The translations under genes were made by a program, and so were the position numbers. DNA of 64,000 bases from Patescibacteria group bacterium. Its GTDB lineage: Bacteria; Patescibacteriota; Patescibacteriia; JAXHNJ01. Below, piece by piece: positions 46,288 to 55,423 of this stretch. A model generated the notes under the pieces. It saw only the letters and a program-made list of their open reading frames with translations, was not told the origin of the DNA and ran no database searches. Each line of letters begins with the position of its first letter. Positions within the stretch are counted from its first letter, which is position 1. The stretch is from positions 322,579 through 386,578 of the forward strand of contig JAXHNJ010000001.1 of NCBI GenBank assembly GCA_034520665.1, read 5' to 3'.

Positions 46288-47043
46288 TTATTTTACATGA
46301 TAATGACGAAAAAGGCAAGAGCTAGGTTTTATAAGGAGTTCTTTAGAAAGTTTAGAAGCTTTTAGATTACTTTTTTTAATTTTAAAGTTTTTAATAATAA
46401 CAAAGGGTATTTTTTGGTTTCTTTCTCCCATTAGGCCATTAGCAGCGGCCGCTAAGTCATCAGCAATATTATGATAAGTTATTTCCATTTTATTTTTAAA
46501 AAGGTCATGTTTACCTTTTTCGTTAATAGTACCCTTAAATCCTGATATAGCTATAGCCAGTCCAGTAGTGCCCTGTCTGAGAGGAGAACAGTGTGAATCA
46601 ACCATAATCAGGCCGATTTTAGGCTTATAGTGGCTCTCAAAGGCTTTTCTAAGTTTATCAAGGTATAGATGTCGGCTAGAAGGCCAAAGAGCCGCTAGGC
46701 CTTTTTTTACGTTTGAATGATCAAGGCCGGCATTAGCTAAAACCAAACCGTCTTTAAGGGTTAAAAGGGCTTTTTTTACCCCGCCAATTATTTTATCAGA
46801 TTCATCTATAACTAACTGACAAAATTCTGGTGATAGCTCATATTTTTTAGCCAGGATTTTAGCTTTTTTTGTCGCTTTAATTTTTTTTAGTTCAACCAGG
46901 TTTTCTTGTTCATAGGAAACAATTTTTGAAGCCAGAGCTATGATATCTCCGTTTTTAATTTTATATTTGTTATGTTTTAAAAAAAGATCAAAAACTTTTT
47001 CTCCTGGCTTGAGTATTTTAGTTTTTATAGGAATTAATTTCAT
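46288..47043 (-). CDS. CofE-like ligase (F420-0:gamma-glutamyl ligase family)
   Basis: IALASKIVSYEQ, LANAGLDHSNV and GLIMVDSHCSPLRQGTTGLAIAISG match the CofE/FbiB N-domain signature blocks. Confidence 0.55.
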   Translation of the reverse strand: MKLIPIKTKILKPGEKVFDLFLKHNKYKIKNGDIIALASKIVSYEQENLVELKKIKATKKAKILAKKYELSPEFCQLVIDESDKIIGGVKKALLTLKDGLVLANAGLDHSNVKKGLAALWPSSRHLYLDKLRKAFESHYKPKIGLIMVDSHCSPLRQGTTGLAIAISGFKGTINEKGKHDLFKNKMEITYHNIADDLAAAANGLMGERNQKIPFVIIKNFKIKKSNLKASKLSKELLIKPSSCLFRHYHVK

Positions 47044-47045
47044 TT

Positions 47046-47885
47046 TTACTGCAGGGGAAAATTAGCCACTAAATAGCCGACGCCAAAAGGCCCTTCATAA
47101 GAAAGAATATCAACATTGTATTTTTTACGATTTAAAACTCCCAGCAATATTATTATAGAACGCAAGCCACATTCTCCGGCTTCTTCAATTAGTACTGGAT
47201 CCATTTTTATTATTTTGTCGGTTTCTTTTTTTTGCAAATGTTCAATTAATTTTTTATCAAATTCCTTGCCTCGAGGTGAATAGCCAGCTGGAGCGCTTTC
47301 CGTTAATCGGTGCGAGAGGTCACCCGAAGCAATAACGGCTATACGCTCATTGGTATGATGGATTTCGTCAGAAATAATCTTACCAAAATCATATTGAGTT
47401 TTTAAATCCATCAAAGAAAAACTAATAGGAGTGATCGGTAAATTTTCATAATGAGGGGTGAGGTAGTAAAGGGGCAGCCCGCTGCCATGATCCAGGTTAT
47501 TTTTATTAATTAAAACTGAAGGAAAACGATGGTCTTCCAGACGTTCCTTGAGGCGGTGAGCAAAAGAAATATTAGATTTAAAGGACAAACGAGTCGAGAA
47601 ATCACCAAATTCTTTAAAATTAACTTCAAATTTTTCTGCTAGATTGATGGCAAAGGCATCAGGGATTAAATCTTGATGTGGGGAAATTATTACAACAGAA
47701 TCTACTTTTCGGGCGTAAAAAATCTGTTCCAGCTCTTTCATGGCTTTTTGAGTTTTTTTAACCTGTTTTATGTTTTCTTTACCAATTTCTGGAATAAGTA
47801 AAGGTGGATGCGGACAAATAGATGAAAAAACTAGCATATTTTTTTCTTTAAAATTGTTAGGCAGAAATATAATCGATGGCTTCAC
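47046..47885 (-). CDS. MEMO1/LigB-superfamily protein (AmmeMemoRadiSam system protein B-like)
   Basis: His-rich motifs (ISPHQD, LDHGSGLPLYYL, SGDLSHRL) typical of the Memo/extradiol-dioxygenase class III fold. Co-operonic with the AMMECR1 and radical SAM genes. Confidence 0.5.
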   Translation of the reverse strand: MKPSIIFLPNNFKEKNMLVFSSICPHPPLLIPEIGKENIKQVKKTQKAMKELEQIFYARKVDSVVIISPHQDLIPDAFAINLAEKFEVNFKEFGDFSTRLSFKSNISFAHRLKERLEDHRFPSVLINKNNLDHGSGLPLYYLTPHYENLPITPISFSLMDLKTQYDFGKIISDEIHHTNERIAVIASGDLSHRLTESAPAGYSPRGKEFDKKLIEHLQKKETDKIIKMDPVLIEEAGECGLRSIIILLGVLNRKKYNVDILSYEGPFGVGYLVANFPLQ

Positions 47886-49266
47886 CAGTAGGATGAACCT
47901 GGACGGCTCTATCAGTAGTCCAGATTATATTAGACCATTTATAACCCATGGCCTGGAATATTTCATAGGAGGGGATAGGTCTTTTTTGACCGTCAGCTAC
48001 TAAGTAAATACCGTTGGAGTTAGGCGAAGCAATTAACTCGCCGTCACGAAACTTAACATCACGGCCCTTTGGATACGAGTCAATTTCAGACTGGTCAGCC
48101 TGTGTCCAACGGCGACGGGGAAAACGGGATTCTAAAATTTCTGGGGAGTGGATGGGATACTTGACGCCATTTTCAATGTAGTAAATGCCGCCGGTTTGCC
48201 TGGATTGCAGTAAGACACCGGTAGGATAAGCTTGGTCCAAGGTAATTTTCGCTCCCTCTTCATAAGCTTCTAGCTCTGACCACTCCACTTTTATTAATTC
48301 TTCGGGGCTGTAGCCAAGGGTTTGAAAAACTTCCTTAGAAGTAATAGCTCTTTTTTGGCCGTTGATCAATATATAAACCCCGCCATGAGGAGCCTGGAGC
48401 AGACTGTATTCAGCAAATTTAATGGGAGCGCCGTATTCATAAGCTTGTATTTCATTTAAAGAAACCTCCACCACCTTGTCTATATCATAGGAAAAAATAA
48501 AAGCTGATTTAGAAACGAAATTATAACGTTTGTTGTTTCTAATTAGCCAAATACCGGGTTCTCCTTTGACACGAACTAATGAACCATTAGGATAATGTTT
48601 TAAAAACCATCTTGACCAAATCTGCCAAAAAGAATAATTTCCGTCCACGTGAGGAGTGTAGGTATATAAAACAGCGGTGGCGTTATTTTCCGGCGTGACC
48701 GGAACATAGATGTAGTCGCCCTGGGCCCGGCCGCAACCGCGACTACAGTCAACCGTCTTGGTAATGCCCGGGGCCCAGCCAGAAATTGTAGTACCGCCAC
48801 TTTCCAAGCCGCCTAAATAAGCCTGTGAGCGAATACGCTTGGCGGCGTTATAGACTTGATTATAAAAACCTTTGTACTGCTGAATACCAGGATCATTATA
48901 AGTACAACCATCACAAACGCCATAACCCATGGCCCAGTCTAGTCTGGTTTGAGAAGGACTGGCCATAGTAATTAAACTTTGCTCTTTTTGGAGAGTAGTT
49001 AAAAGATAGCGCGGACTAATACTAAATTCAGCCGCTACTTCATAAATAATACGAGCCGCTGTTTTCATAAGGCCGTTTACATTTAAACTATAAGAGCCTA
49101 AATAGCCTCCTTTTTGAGCCAAAAATTCTTGAATACGGCTTTGAGACATATTTAAACCCGTTAAATCGTCATCTGATATAATACGATTTTTATTAAAAGA
49201 ATAGGCTAAAGAAGAGAGAGGAATAATAAAGAATGAAATTAATAATGTGGCAAGTATTTTTTTCAT
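47857..49266 (-). CDS. Secreted protein with three ~50-aa C-terminal repeats
   Basis: Signal peptide MKKILATLLISFFIIPLSSLA. Repeats G(V/I)Y(I/Y)L(I/V)..G.KR.I.S.E(I/V)FQ..GY. Confidence 0.4.
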   Translation of the reverse strand: MKKILATLLISFFIIPLSSLAYSFNKNRIISDDDLTGLNMSQSRIQEFLAQKGGYLGSYSLNVNGLMKTAARIIYEVAAEFSISPRYLLTTLQKEQSLITMASPSQTRLDWAMGYGVCDGCTYNDPGIQQYKGFYNQVYNAAKRIRSQAYLGGLESGGTTISGWAPGITKTVDCSRGCGRAQGDYIYVPVTPENNATAVLYTYTPHVDGNYSFWQIWSRWFLKHYPNGSLVRVKGEPGIWLIRNNKRYNFVSKSAFIFSYDIDKVVEVSLNEIQAYEYGAPIKFAEYSLLQAPHGGVYILINGQKRAITSKEVFQTLGYSPEELIKVEWSELEAYEEGAKITLDQAYPTGVLLQSRQTGGIYYIENGVKYPIHSPEILESRFPRRRWTQADQSEIDSYPKGRDVKFRDGELIASPNSNGIYLVADGQKRPIPSYEIFQAMGYKWSNIIWTTDRAVQVHPTGEAIDYISA

Positions 49267-49271
49267 ATTTT

Positions 49272-50288
49272 TTATTTATTTATTAAATTAATTTTTTGCT
49301 GACATTTTGGACATTGACCCTTTTTATCATATCTTTTTATATTATAACCGATTCTTTCAATAATTAAAGAGCCACATTTTGGACAATAAGTATTTTCAAA
49401 CTTATCTCCGGGTACATTGCCTAAATAAACATATTTTAGACCCTTTTTCTGGGCTATATCATAAGCTTGATAAAGTGTTTTTAGTGGTGTATCCGGCAGG
49501 TGATCTAGTTTATGAGAAATAGCTCCGGAAAATCTTGAGATATGCCAGGGAGTTTCTTCTCCTAATTCTGTTTTAATAAAATCAGCTATTTTTTCAAACA
49601 TTTCTTTTTGGTCAGAAAGAGTCGGTATGGCTAAGGTGGTAATCTCCAGCCAAAGGCCCATTTTTTTGATAGTTTTTAAATTTTCTAAAATTGGTTCAGG
49701 TTTACCATGGCAGTATTTTTTATATTTATTATTATCAAAAAATTTTAAATCAATATTAATGGCGTCAAGAAAGGGCTTGGCTATTTTTAAACAATCTTTA
49801 GTCATAAAACCGTTAGAAACAAAAACATTTTTCAGTCCTTTATTATGAGCTAGTTTCATAGTTTCCAAGGCGTACTCAAAAAATATAGTTGGTTCAGTGT
49901 AAGTATAGGCAATAGACTGGCAGTCATTTTCAAGTGCCTCCTGAACAATTTTCTTTGGCGGTAAGTCCTGGCCAAAAATTTCTTTGTTTAGTCTTGGAGC
50001 TTGCGATATTTGCCAGTTTTGGCAATTAGCACACCTAAAATTACACCCTAAAGTACCAAATGAGAGAGCCAAGGTTCCGGGCAGAAAATGGAAAAAAGGC
50101 TTTTTTTCAATCGGGTCAATATTTTCGCTAATAGCCTTGCCATAAACCAAAGAGTATAGTTCTCCCTCTCTGTTTTCTCTAACACCACAAAGTCCTCTTT
50201 TTTTAGGTAAAATCAGGCAGTGATGATTACACAGCTGGCATTTTACCTTATTATCTGGCTTTTTTTTATAGAGTAAAGCTTTTTTCAT
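49272..50288 (-). CDS. Radical SAM enzyme (AmmeMemoRadiSam system radical SAM protein-like)
   Basis: CNFRCANC (CxxxCxxC) radical-SAM cluster preceded by the family-specific N-terminal Cys motif CQLCNHHC...LCGVREN. Confidence 0.7.
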   Translation of the reverse strand: MKKALLYKKKPDNKVKCQLCNHHCLILPKKRGLCGVRENREGELYSLVYGKAISENIDPIEKKPFFHFLPGTLALSFGTLGCNFRCANCQNWQISQAPRLNKEIFGQDLPPKKIVQEALENDCQSIAYTYTEPTIFFEYALETMKLAHNKGLKNVFVSNGFMTKDCLKIAKPFLDAINIDLKFFDNNKYKKYCHGKPEPILENLKTIKKMGLWLEITTLAIPTLSDQKEMFEKIADFIKTELGEETPWHISRFSGAISHKLDHLPDTPLKTLYQAYDIAQKKGLKYVYLGNVPGDKFENTYCPKCGSLIIERIGYNIKRYDKKGQCPKCQQKINLINK

Positions 50289-50492
50289 ACCTCTATTATT
50301 ATAACACTTTTAAAAAATGTATTACAGCTTTTATTAACTAAATTTATTTTTATCTGTTTAGTCTAATTTTTATCTTAAAAAAAGCGTTATATTCACCTAG
50401 TCGTTTATTATATCTTGCTATGTGATTTGCTTATTTAATCATTTATTATATTAAAAAAGTTTTAAATTAATTATTAATAAGATATAAAAAAT

Positions 50493-50520
50493 TTGTTAAA
50501 ATTGTTTTTTTTATTATAAT
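50493..50520 (+). promoter_or_regulatory. Sigma70-like promoter (TTGTTA-16-TATAAT) of argS
   Basis: Located in a 260-bp, >85% AT intergenic region 33 nt upstream of the ATG. Confidence 0.4.
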
Positions 50521-50552
50521 TAAATTACTATTATTTATTAATTTATAACAAT

Positions 50553-52421
50553 ATGAAAATGAGGAAAAAAAACCAGGACGAGTTCGAGAACTACAAGCTG
50601 GAAGTAGCGGAGTCTGTAAACGCAGTTCAAGAAAAAATCAGAGAGGAAAAGGAGAATCGCGAGTATGTCGATTTTGATAGCTACCCATCAGAAGAGCTAA
50701 GGAGGGAGGTAACGGAAGTCGTACGGGAATCCGTAGGCGTTCAGGATATTGGAAAACTAAAATTATCAGTGCCGCCAGCTCATATATCCGGCGATTTTGC
50801 TTTGAAGGTTTTTGATCTAGCGAAGAAGTTAGGAGAAAAACCGAATGTACTTGCAAAGAAAATCGTCGATGGCATAAACGAACATAAAATGGCTTTGATT
50901 AAGAATGCTTCTGTCGCAGGAAATTTTGTGAATCTGGAGACACATAAAGAGGTTCTTTATCGCGATATTTTTGCAAAAGTTCTTGAACTGGAGGATCGTT
51001 ATGGGGAGAGTGATGTCAACGCTGGAAAAGTAGCTCTTATTGATTATTCCGCGCCGAATATTGCAAAGCCAATGGGTGTTGGTCATCTGAGATCTACTAT
51101 CATCGGACAAGCTCTTTCCAATATTTACCACGAAACTGGTTATAGCGTAATCAAAGATAACCATCTTGGTGATTGGGGTACGCAGTTTGGATCTCTCATT
51201 TATGCCTATAAAGAATGGGGCGATGAGAAAAAGATAGCTAAAAATCCAGTCGGAGAGCTTAAAGATCTTTATGTTAAATTCCACCAGTTTTCTGAAGTGC
51301 ATCCAGAAATCAAAGATAAAGCTCGCGAGTTGTTTACACGACTTGAGAAAAAAGATCCGGAATTAGTTGCTCTTTGGAAACGTTTCAGGGATTTGAGTCT
51401 GAAGGATTTCGAGCGTGTTTACAAACAACTAGGAATTGAATTTGACACCAATATTGGCGAGAGTTATTTTACTGAGCAGGCGGATAAATTGGTAAGCGAA
51501 TGCATGACAAAGGGTTTGTGTAGAAAGGATGAAGCATCAGAAGCTGTGGTCGTGGATCAAATGGGAGAAATTCCCTCCTTTCTGTTAAGAAAGCAAGATG
51601 GGTCAAGTATCTATTTGTCAAGAGATTTGGCTACGCTTCTGTTCAGAGTCAACACTTTTAAACCAAGTACCATTTTGTATGTGGTGGGTAATGAGCAAGA
51701 TCTGAACTTCAAACAACTGTTTGAACTTGGCAAGCGTGCTGAATATCTCCCTGATGATGTAGAGACAAAGCATATCGGATTCGGGATGGTTTTGAGTGAT
51801 GGCAAAAAGATGTCTACCCGGAAGGGTACACAAATTGAGCTAGAAGATTTGATTGCACGGTCTGTGGAAAAGTCAAAGGAGATATTACTTAAAAAGAAAG
51901 CAGATGTAGATTCCAAAGAATTGGAGAGGGTATCTGAGATAATTGGCATCGGAGCAATTATTTACAATGATCTACATCAGTCCAGATTAAAAAATATTTC
52001 TTTTAACTGGGATAAGATGCTTGATATGGAGAGCGGAAGCGCAGTTTATCTTCAGTACTCATATGTTCGAATCAATTCAATTCTAAGGAAGCTAACTAAA
52101 ACTTATGGCGAAATTGATTTGAGCACGTTGGAAAAGGAAAAAATTTCTTTCACAAACAAGAGTGAGTTTGATATTGCGAAGAAATTGATGATGTTTCCTG
52201 AGACTGTGTTAATATCTCAGCAAACGGATTCTCCTCATAAGATATGCGTGTACTTGGAGGAACTGGCTCAGCTTTTCAACAGTTTCTACAATGAGGTGTC
52301 AATTTTCAGGACTAAAGATGTGAAGCTCCGTGAATCAAGAATAGCTCTGAGCAAAGGCGTGGCCGCGGTGATTAAAAAGGGTTTATCCTTGTTAAGTATC
52401 AAGGTTCCAGAGAAGATGTAA
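50553..52421 (+). CDS. argS: Arginyl-tRNA synthetase with a ~60-aa N-terminal extension; compositionally atypical
   Basis: Class I motifs (PNIAKPMGVGHLRSTIIG HIGH-like, MSTRKG KMSK-like) and a DALR-type anticodon-binding C-terminus. GC ~44% and G/C-ending codons contrast with the ~33% flanks. Confidence 0.85.
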   Translation: MKMRKKNQDEFENYKLEVAESVNAVQEKIREEKENREYVDFDSYPSEELRREVTEVVRESVGVQDIGKLKLSVPPAHISGDFALKVFDLAKKLGEKPNVLAKKIVDGINEHKMALIKNASVAGNFVNLETHKEVLYRDIFAKVLELEDRYGESDVNAGKVALIDYSAPNIAKPMGVGHLRSTIIGQALSNIYHETGYSVIKDNHLGDWGTQFGSLIYAYKEWGDEKKIAKNPVGELKDLYVKFHQFSEVHPEIKDKARELFTRLEKKDPELVALWKRFRDLSLKDFERVYKQLGIEFDTNIGESYFTEQADKLVSECMTKGLCRKDEASEAVVVDQMGEIPSFLLRKQDGSSIYLSRDLATLLFRVNTFKPSTILYVVGNEQDLNFKQLFELGKRAEYLPDDVETKHIGFGMVLSDGKKMSTRKGTQIELEDLIARSVEKSKEILLKKKADVDSKELERVSEIIGIGAIIYNDLHQSRLKNISFNWDKMLDMESGSAVYLQYSYVRINSILRKLTKTYGEIDLSTLEKEKISFTNKSEFDIAKKLMMFPETVLISQQTDSPHKICVYLEELAQLFNSFYNEVSIFRTKDVKLRESRIALSKGVAAVIKKGLSLLSIKVPEKM

Positions 52422-52528
52422 TTGTACGTTTACCGACAACGTGAGTGCCCTTAACAATGGCAGAAGAGCATGCCATCTTCGAAGGGTAGTTGTTTTTCTA
52501 TGTTGAAAATTCGAAAGGAGGACGAATC

Positions 52529-52912
52529 ATGTCTGTCGTTTCACGTATCATTAGGGAAAACACCTACGAAGTATCAGACGGGACAGATACGTTGATTTAC
52601 GCACCGTTGAAGAACCTAATCGTGAAAAAGTGGCTAAAAAATATATCCGAGATGGCCTCAAAGGATGTGAGACTGTTGCTAAATATATTAATAGAGATAT
52701 TTTTAAAGAAGGAAAGACATTTAGATTATATATTGGACCAAGTTGACAAATTAGAAGACTTAGAAGATAAAAAGTATTTAGCTAGAAAAGTGCTTGAAAA
52801 CAATGATCAATTAATTTTAATAAATGAAAGACCTGTTGAATCGGATCCAGAAAAGTTTGGTTTAAGCAAGAAAGAATTTAAAAAATTAAAAAAAGAAGCG
52901 AGAAATAAATAA
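52529..52912 (+). CDS. Hypothetical protein (chimeric composition: 5' third argS-like GC, remainder AT-rich)
   Basis: AAAGGAGG RBS 7 nt upstream of the ATG at 52529. The ORF track's 52490 start lacks an RBS. Confidence 0.35.
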   Translation: MSVVSRIIRENTYEVSDGTDTLIYAPLKNLIVKKWLKNISEMASKDVRLLLNILIEIFLKKERHLDYILDQVDKLEDLEDKKYLARKVLENNDQLILINERPVESDPEKFGLSKKEFKKLKKEARNK

Positions 52913-53014
52913 TATTACTCATAAATATATAAAAAATCCCTGAATATGGGATTTTTTATTTTAAAAATAATACGATTAATTTACAAATAGCCCTAAATTT
53001 GTTATAATCTAATT

Positions 53015-53557
53015 ATGAAAAACCGGTTGTTTATTGGTTTTGACTTATCAGAGCCTTTGAAAAAGAGAATATCAAATTTGATAAAATCTTTAAAAAATAA
53101 ATGGCCGGATTTAAAATATGTTAAAAAGGAAAATCTTCATCTGACTTTAATTTTTCTAGGACAGATTTCTGATCAAGATCTTTGGCAAACAATTGAAACC
53201 ATTCAAGCTGTAAGCAGAGATTTTTATCCTCTGAGTATTGAAAGTAGGGGAGTAGAACTTTTTCCTACTTTAAAAAAGCCAAAAATTATATCATTAAGTA
53301 TTAAAGAAAAAAGTAAACTAAATGAGTTAAAAAGGAAAATTAACGATCAATTAGCCTTTTTGAATATTGCCAGGCGGGAAAATAGAATTTTTAGACCACA
53401 TATTACTTTAGCTAGAATCAAAAAAAATAATAATAAACCAGATCTAAAAAATACTTTCCTAAATTTTGAAGAGAGATTTAATAAAATAGATATTTTTGAA
53501 AGCCGCTTAACCAAGCAAGGATTAGTTTATAATATAATACAGAGTATTAAATTATGA
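53015..53557 (+). CDS. thpR: RNA 2',3'-cyclic phosphodiesterase (2H phosphoesterase, ThpR/LigT)
   Basis: Two HxT(S)x motifs (HLTLIFLG and HITLARI) at the spacing typical of LigT. Confidence 0.7.
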   Translation: MKNRLFIGFDLSEPLKKRISNLIKSLKNKWPDLKYVKKENLHLTLIFLGQISDQDLWQTIETIQAVSRDFYPLSIESRGVELFPTLKKPKIISLSIKEKSKLNELKRKINDQLAFLNIARRENRIFRPHITLARIKKNNNKPDLKNTFLNFEERFNKIDIFESRLTKQGLVYNIIQSIKL

Positions 53558-54294
53558 AAAATATAAAAATATTAGGAGTCAAAGTAACTAATATAGGTTT
53601 AAGAGAGTTAAGAGAAAAAATAAAAGAATACTTAAATTCAAACAAACAGCGTTTTTTAACCACGGTTAATCCGGAAATAATTTTAAAGGCTCATAAAAAT
53701 GAAGATTATAAGAAAATATTAAATAAGGCCTCACTCTCGCTGCCGGATGGCTTTGGTTTAGTTTTAGCCAGTCGTTTTAAGGGACAAAAAATAAAAAAAA
53801 GAATTACTGGAAATGATCTAATCGAAATTATTTGTGCTCAGGCTGAAAAAGAAAGTAAGACTGTCTATTTATTGGGTGGAAGAAAGGATGTGCCAGCTCA
53901 AGCTAGTTATCAATTAAAAGAGAAATATCCGGATCTTGAGATAGTTGGCTTTGATAACAGCCGTATTTATAGTGAACGTATTTTTTCAAGAGGAATATTA
54001 AAAAAAATTATTCATGCCAAACCGGATATTTTACTGGTAGCTTTAGGCGCTCCTAAGCAGGAAAAATGGATAGCTAGACATTTACGGAAAATGATTAGTG
54101 TTAAAATTGCAGTTGGGGTCGGCGGGGCTTTTGACTTTTTAGCTGGTCAGATTAAAAGAGCTCCAAATTTTATGCAAAAGATGGGTTTAGAATGGCTCTG
54201 GCGGCTTTTTTGGCAGCCCTGGCGCCTATTTCGTATTTTTAACGCTGTTTTTCGCTTTTCTTGGGTAGTTATTAAAAATAAAAAAAATGAATAA
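53554..54294 (+). CDS. WecB/TagA/CpsF family glycosyltransferase
   Basis: TVNPEIILKAHKNEDYKKIL...LPDGFGLV...GGAFDFLAG...RAP matches the Glyco_tran_WecB family. Confidence 0.75.
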   Translation: MKNIKILGVKVTNIGLRELREKIKEYLNSNKQRFLTTVNPEIILKAHKNEDYKKILNKASLSLPDGFGLVLASRFKGQKIKKRITGNDLIEIICAQAEKESKTVYLLGGRKDVPAQASYQLKEKYPDLEIVGFDNSRIYSERIFSRGILKKIIHAKPDILLVALGAPKQEKWIARHLRKMISVKIAVGVGGAFDFLAGQIKRAPNFMQKMGLEWLWRLFWQPWRLFRIFNAVFRFSWVVIKNKKNE

Positions 54295-55423
54295 AAAATA
54301 TTTTTATGCTTTAGCTACTTACACTGGCACTATAGTTGGGGCTGGTATCTTTGGTCTGCCTTACGTGGCTTCAAGAGCCGGTTTAACCGTGATGATAATT
54401 TATTTACTGATTATAGCTTTTATGTCCCTGTCAGCGGCCTTGTTGTTTGGCCAGGTTATTTCAGCTACTCATGGCCATCATCGCTTGCCTGGTTATGTGG
54501 CTAAGTATATGGGCAATAAATGGCGCCATATTGCTTTTTTCACCACAGTGATTGGTCTAACTGGGGTTTTACTTACTTATATTATTCTGGGGGGAGAATT
54601 TTTACACGGTATTTTTAATCCTTTAATTGGCGGTTCAATTTTAGTTTATACTCTGGCTTATTTTGCCTTGGGAGCTTATTTAATTTTTCGCCAGGCTAAA
54701 GTAGTGGCCCGAATTGAAATTATCATGCTGGTTTTTATAGTTTTAATGGTTATTATTTTTTTAATTTTTGGCTGGCCCGAAGTTAATTTAAATAATATTA
54801 AATTAAGCGGCAATAATATATTTTTGCCTTTTGGTGTGCTTATTTTTTCCCTCTGGGGCCTGTCGGTTATGCCGGAAGTAGTTGATATGATGGAGGGTGA
54901 GCAGAAAAAAGTGAAAAGTATTGTTCCGACCGGAATATTAATAGCAGTTTTAATATATTTTGTTTTTATAATTTTAGTCTGGGGTATTTCTGGCGGAAAT
55001 ATATCAACCGAGGCCATTCCCGGGCTTTCAGTGGCTTTAGGCCGTAAGATATTACTCTTTGGCTATATTTTTGGCTTTTTAGCCACCTTTACTTCCTTTA
55101 TTAGTATTGGTATGGTAGTAAAGAAGATTTATTGGTATGACTATCGTGTGCCTAGAAATTATGCTTGGTTTTTTGCTCTCTTTATTCCCTTGGCTCTTTA
55201 TCTATTGGGAATGAAAGACTTTATTGAGGTTATTGGTATTACCGGGGCTTTTGCTTTAGGCTTAGAGGGTATTATTATACTTTTACTTTGTTTAAAAACT
55301 CGTAAAAAATGCCCCAAAAAAGCGGCTTATCAATATAAACTACCCACCTTTGTCAAAGTCTTATTTATATTACTTTTTGCTACTGGTGTAGCTTTTCAGA
55401 TTATTAATTTAATTAAGAAATGA
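54287..55423 (+). CDS. Amino-acid permease (aromatic/hydroxy amino acid HAAAP-type, TnaB/Mtr/TyrP-like)
   Basis: 11-TM protein with N-terminal YTGTIVGAGIFGLPYVASRAGL typical of the Trp/Tyr permease family. Confidence 0.55.
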   Translation: MNKKYFYALATYTGTIVGAGIFGLPYVASRAGLTVMIIYLLIIAFMSLSAALLFGQVISATHGHHRLPGYVAKYMGNKWRHIAFFTTVIGLTGVLLTYIILGGEFLHGIFNPLIGGSILVYTLAYFALGAYLIFRQAKVVARIEIIMLVFIVLMVIIFLIFGWPEVNLNNIKLSGNNIFLPFGVLIFSLWGLSVMPEVVDMMEGEQKKVKSIVPTGILIAVLIYFVFIILVWGISGGNISTEAIPGLSVALGRKILLFGYIFGFLATFTSFISIGMVVKKIYWYDYRVPRNYAWFFALFIPLALYLLGMKDFIEVIGITGAFALGLEGIIILLLCLKTRKKCPKKAAYQYKLPTFVKVLFILLFATGVAFQIINLIKK

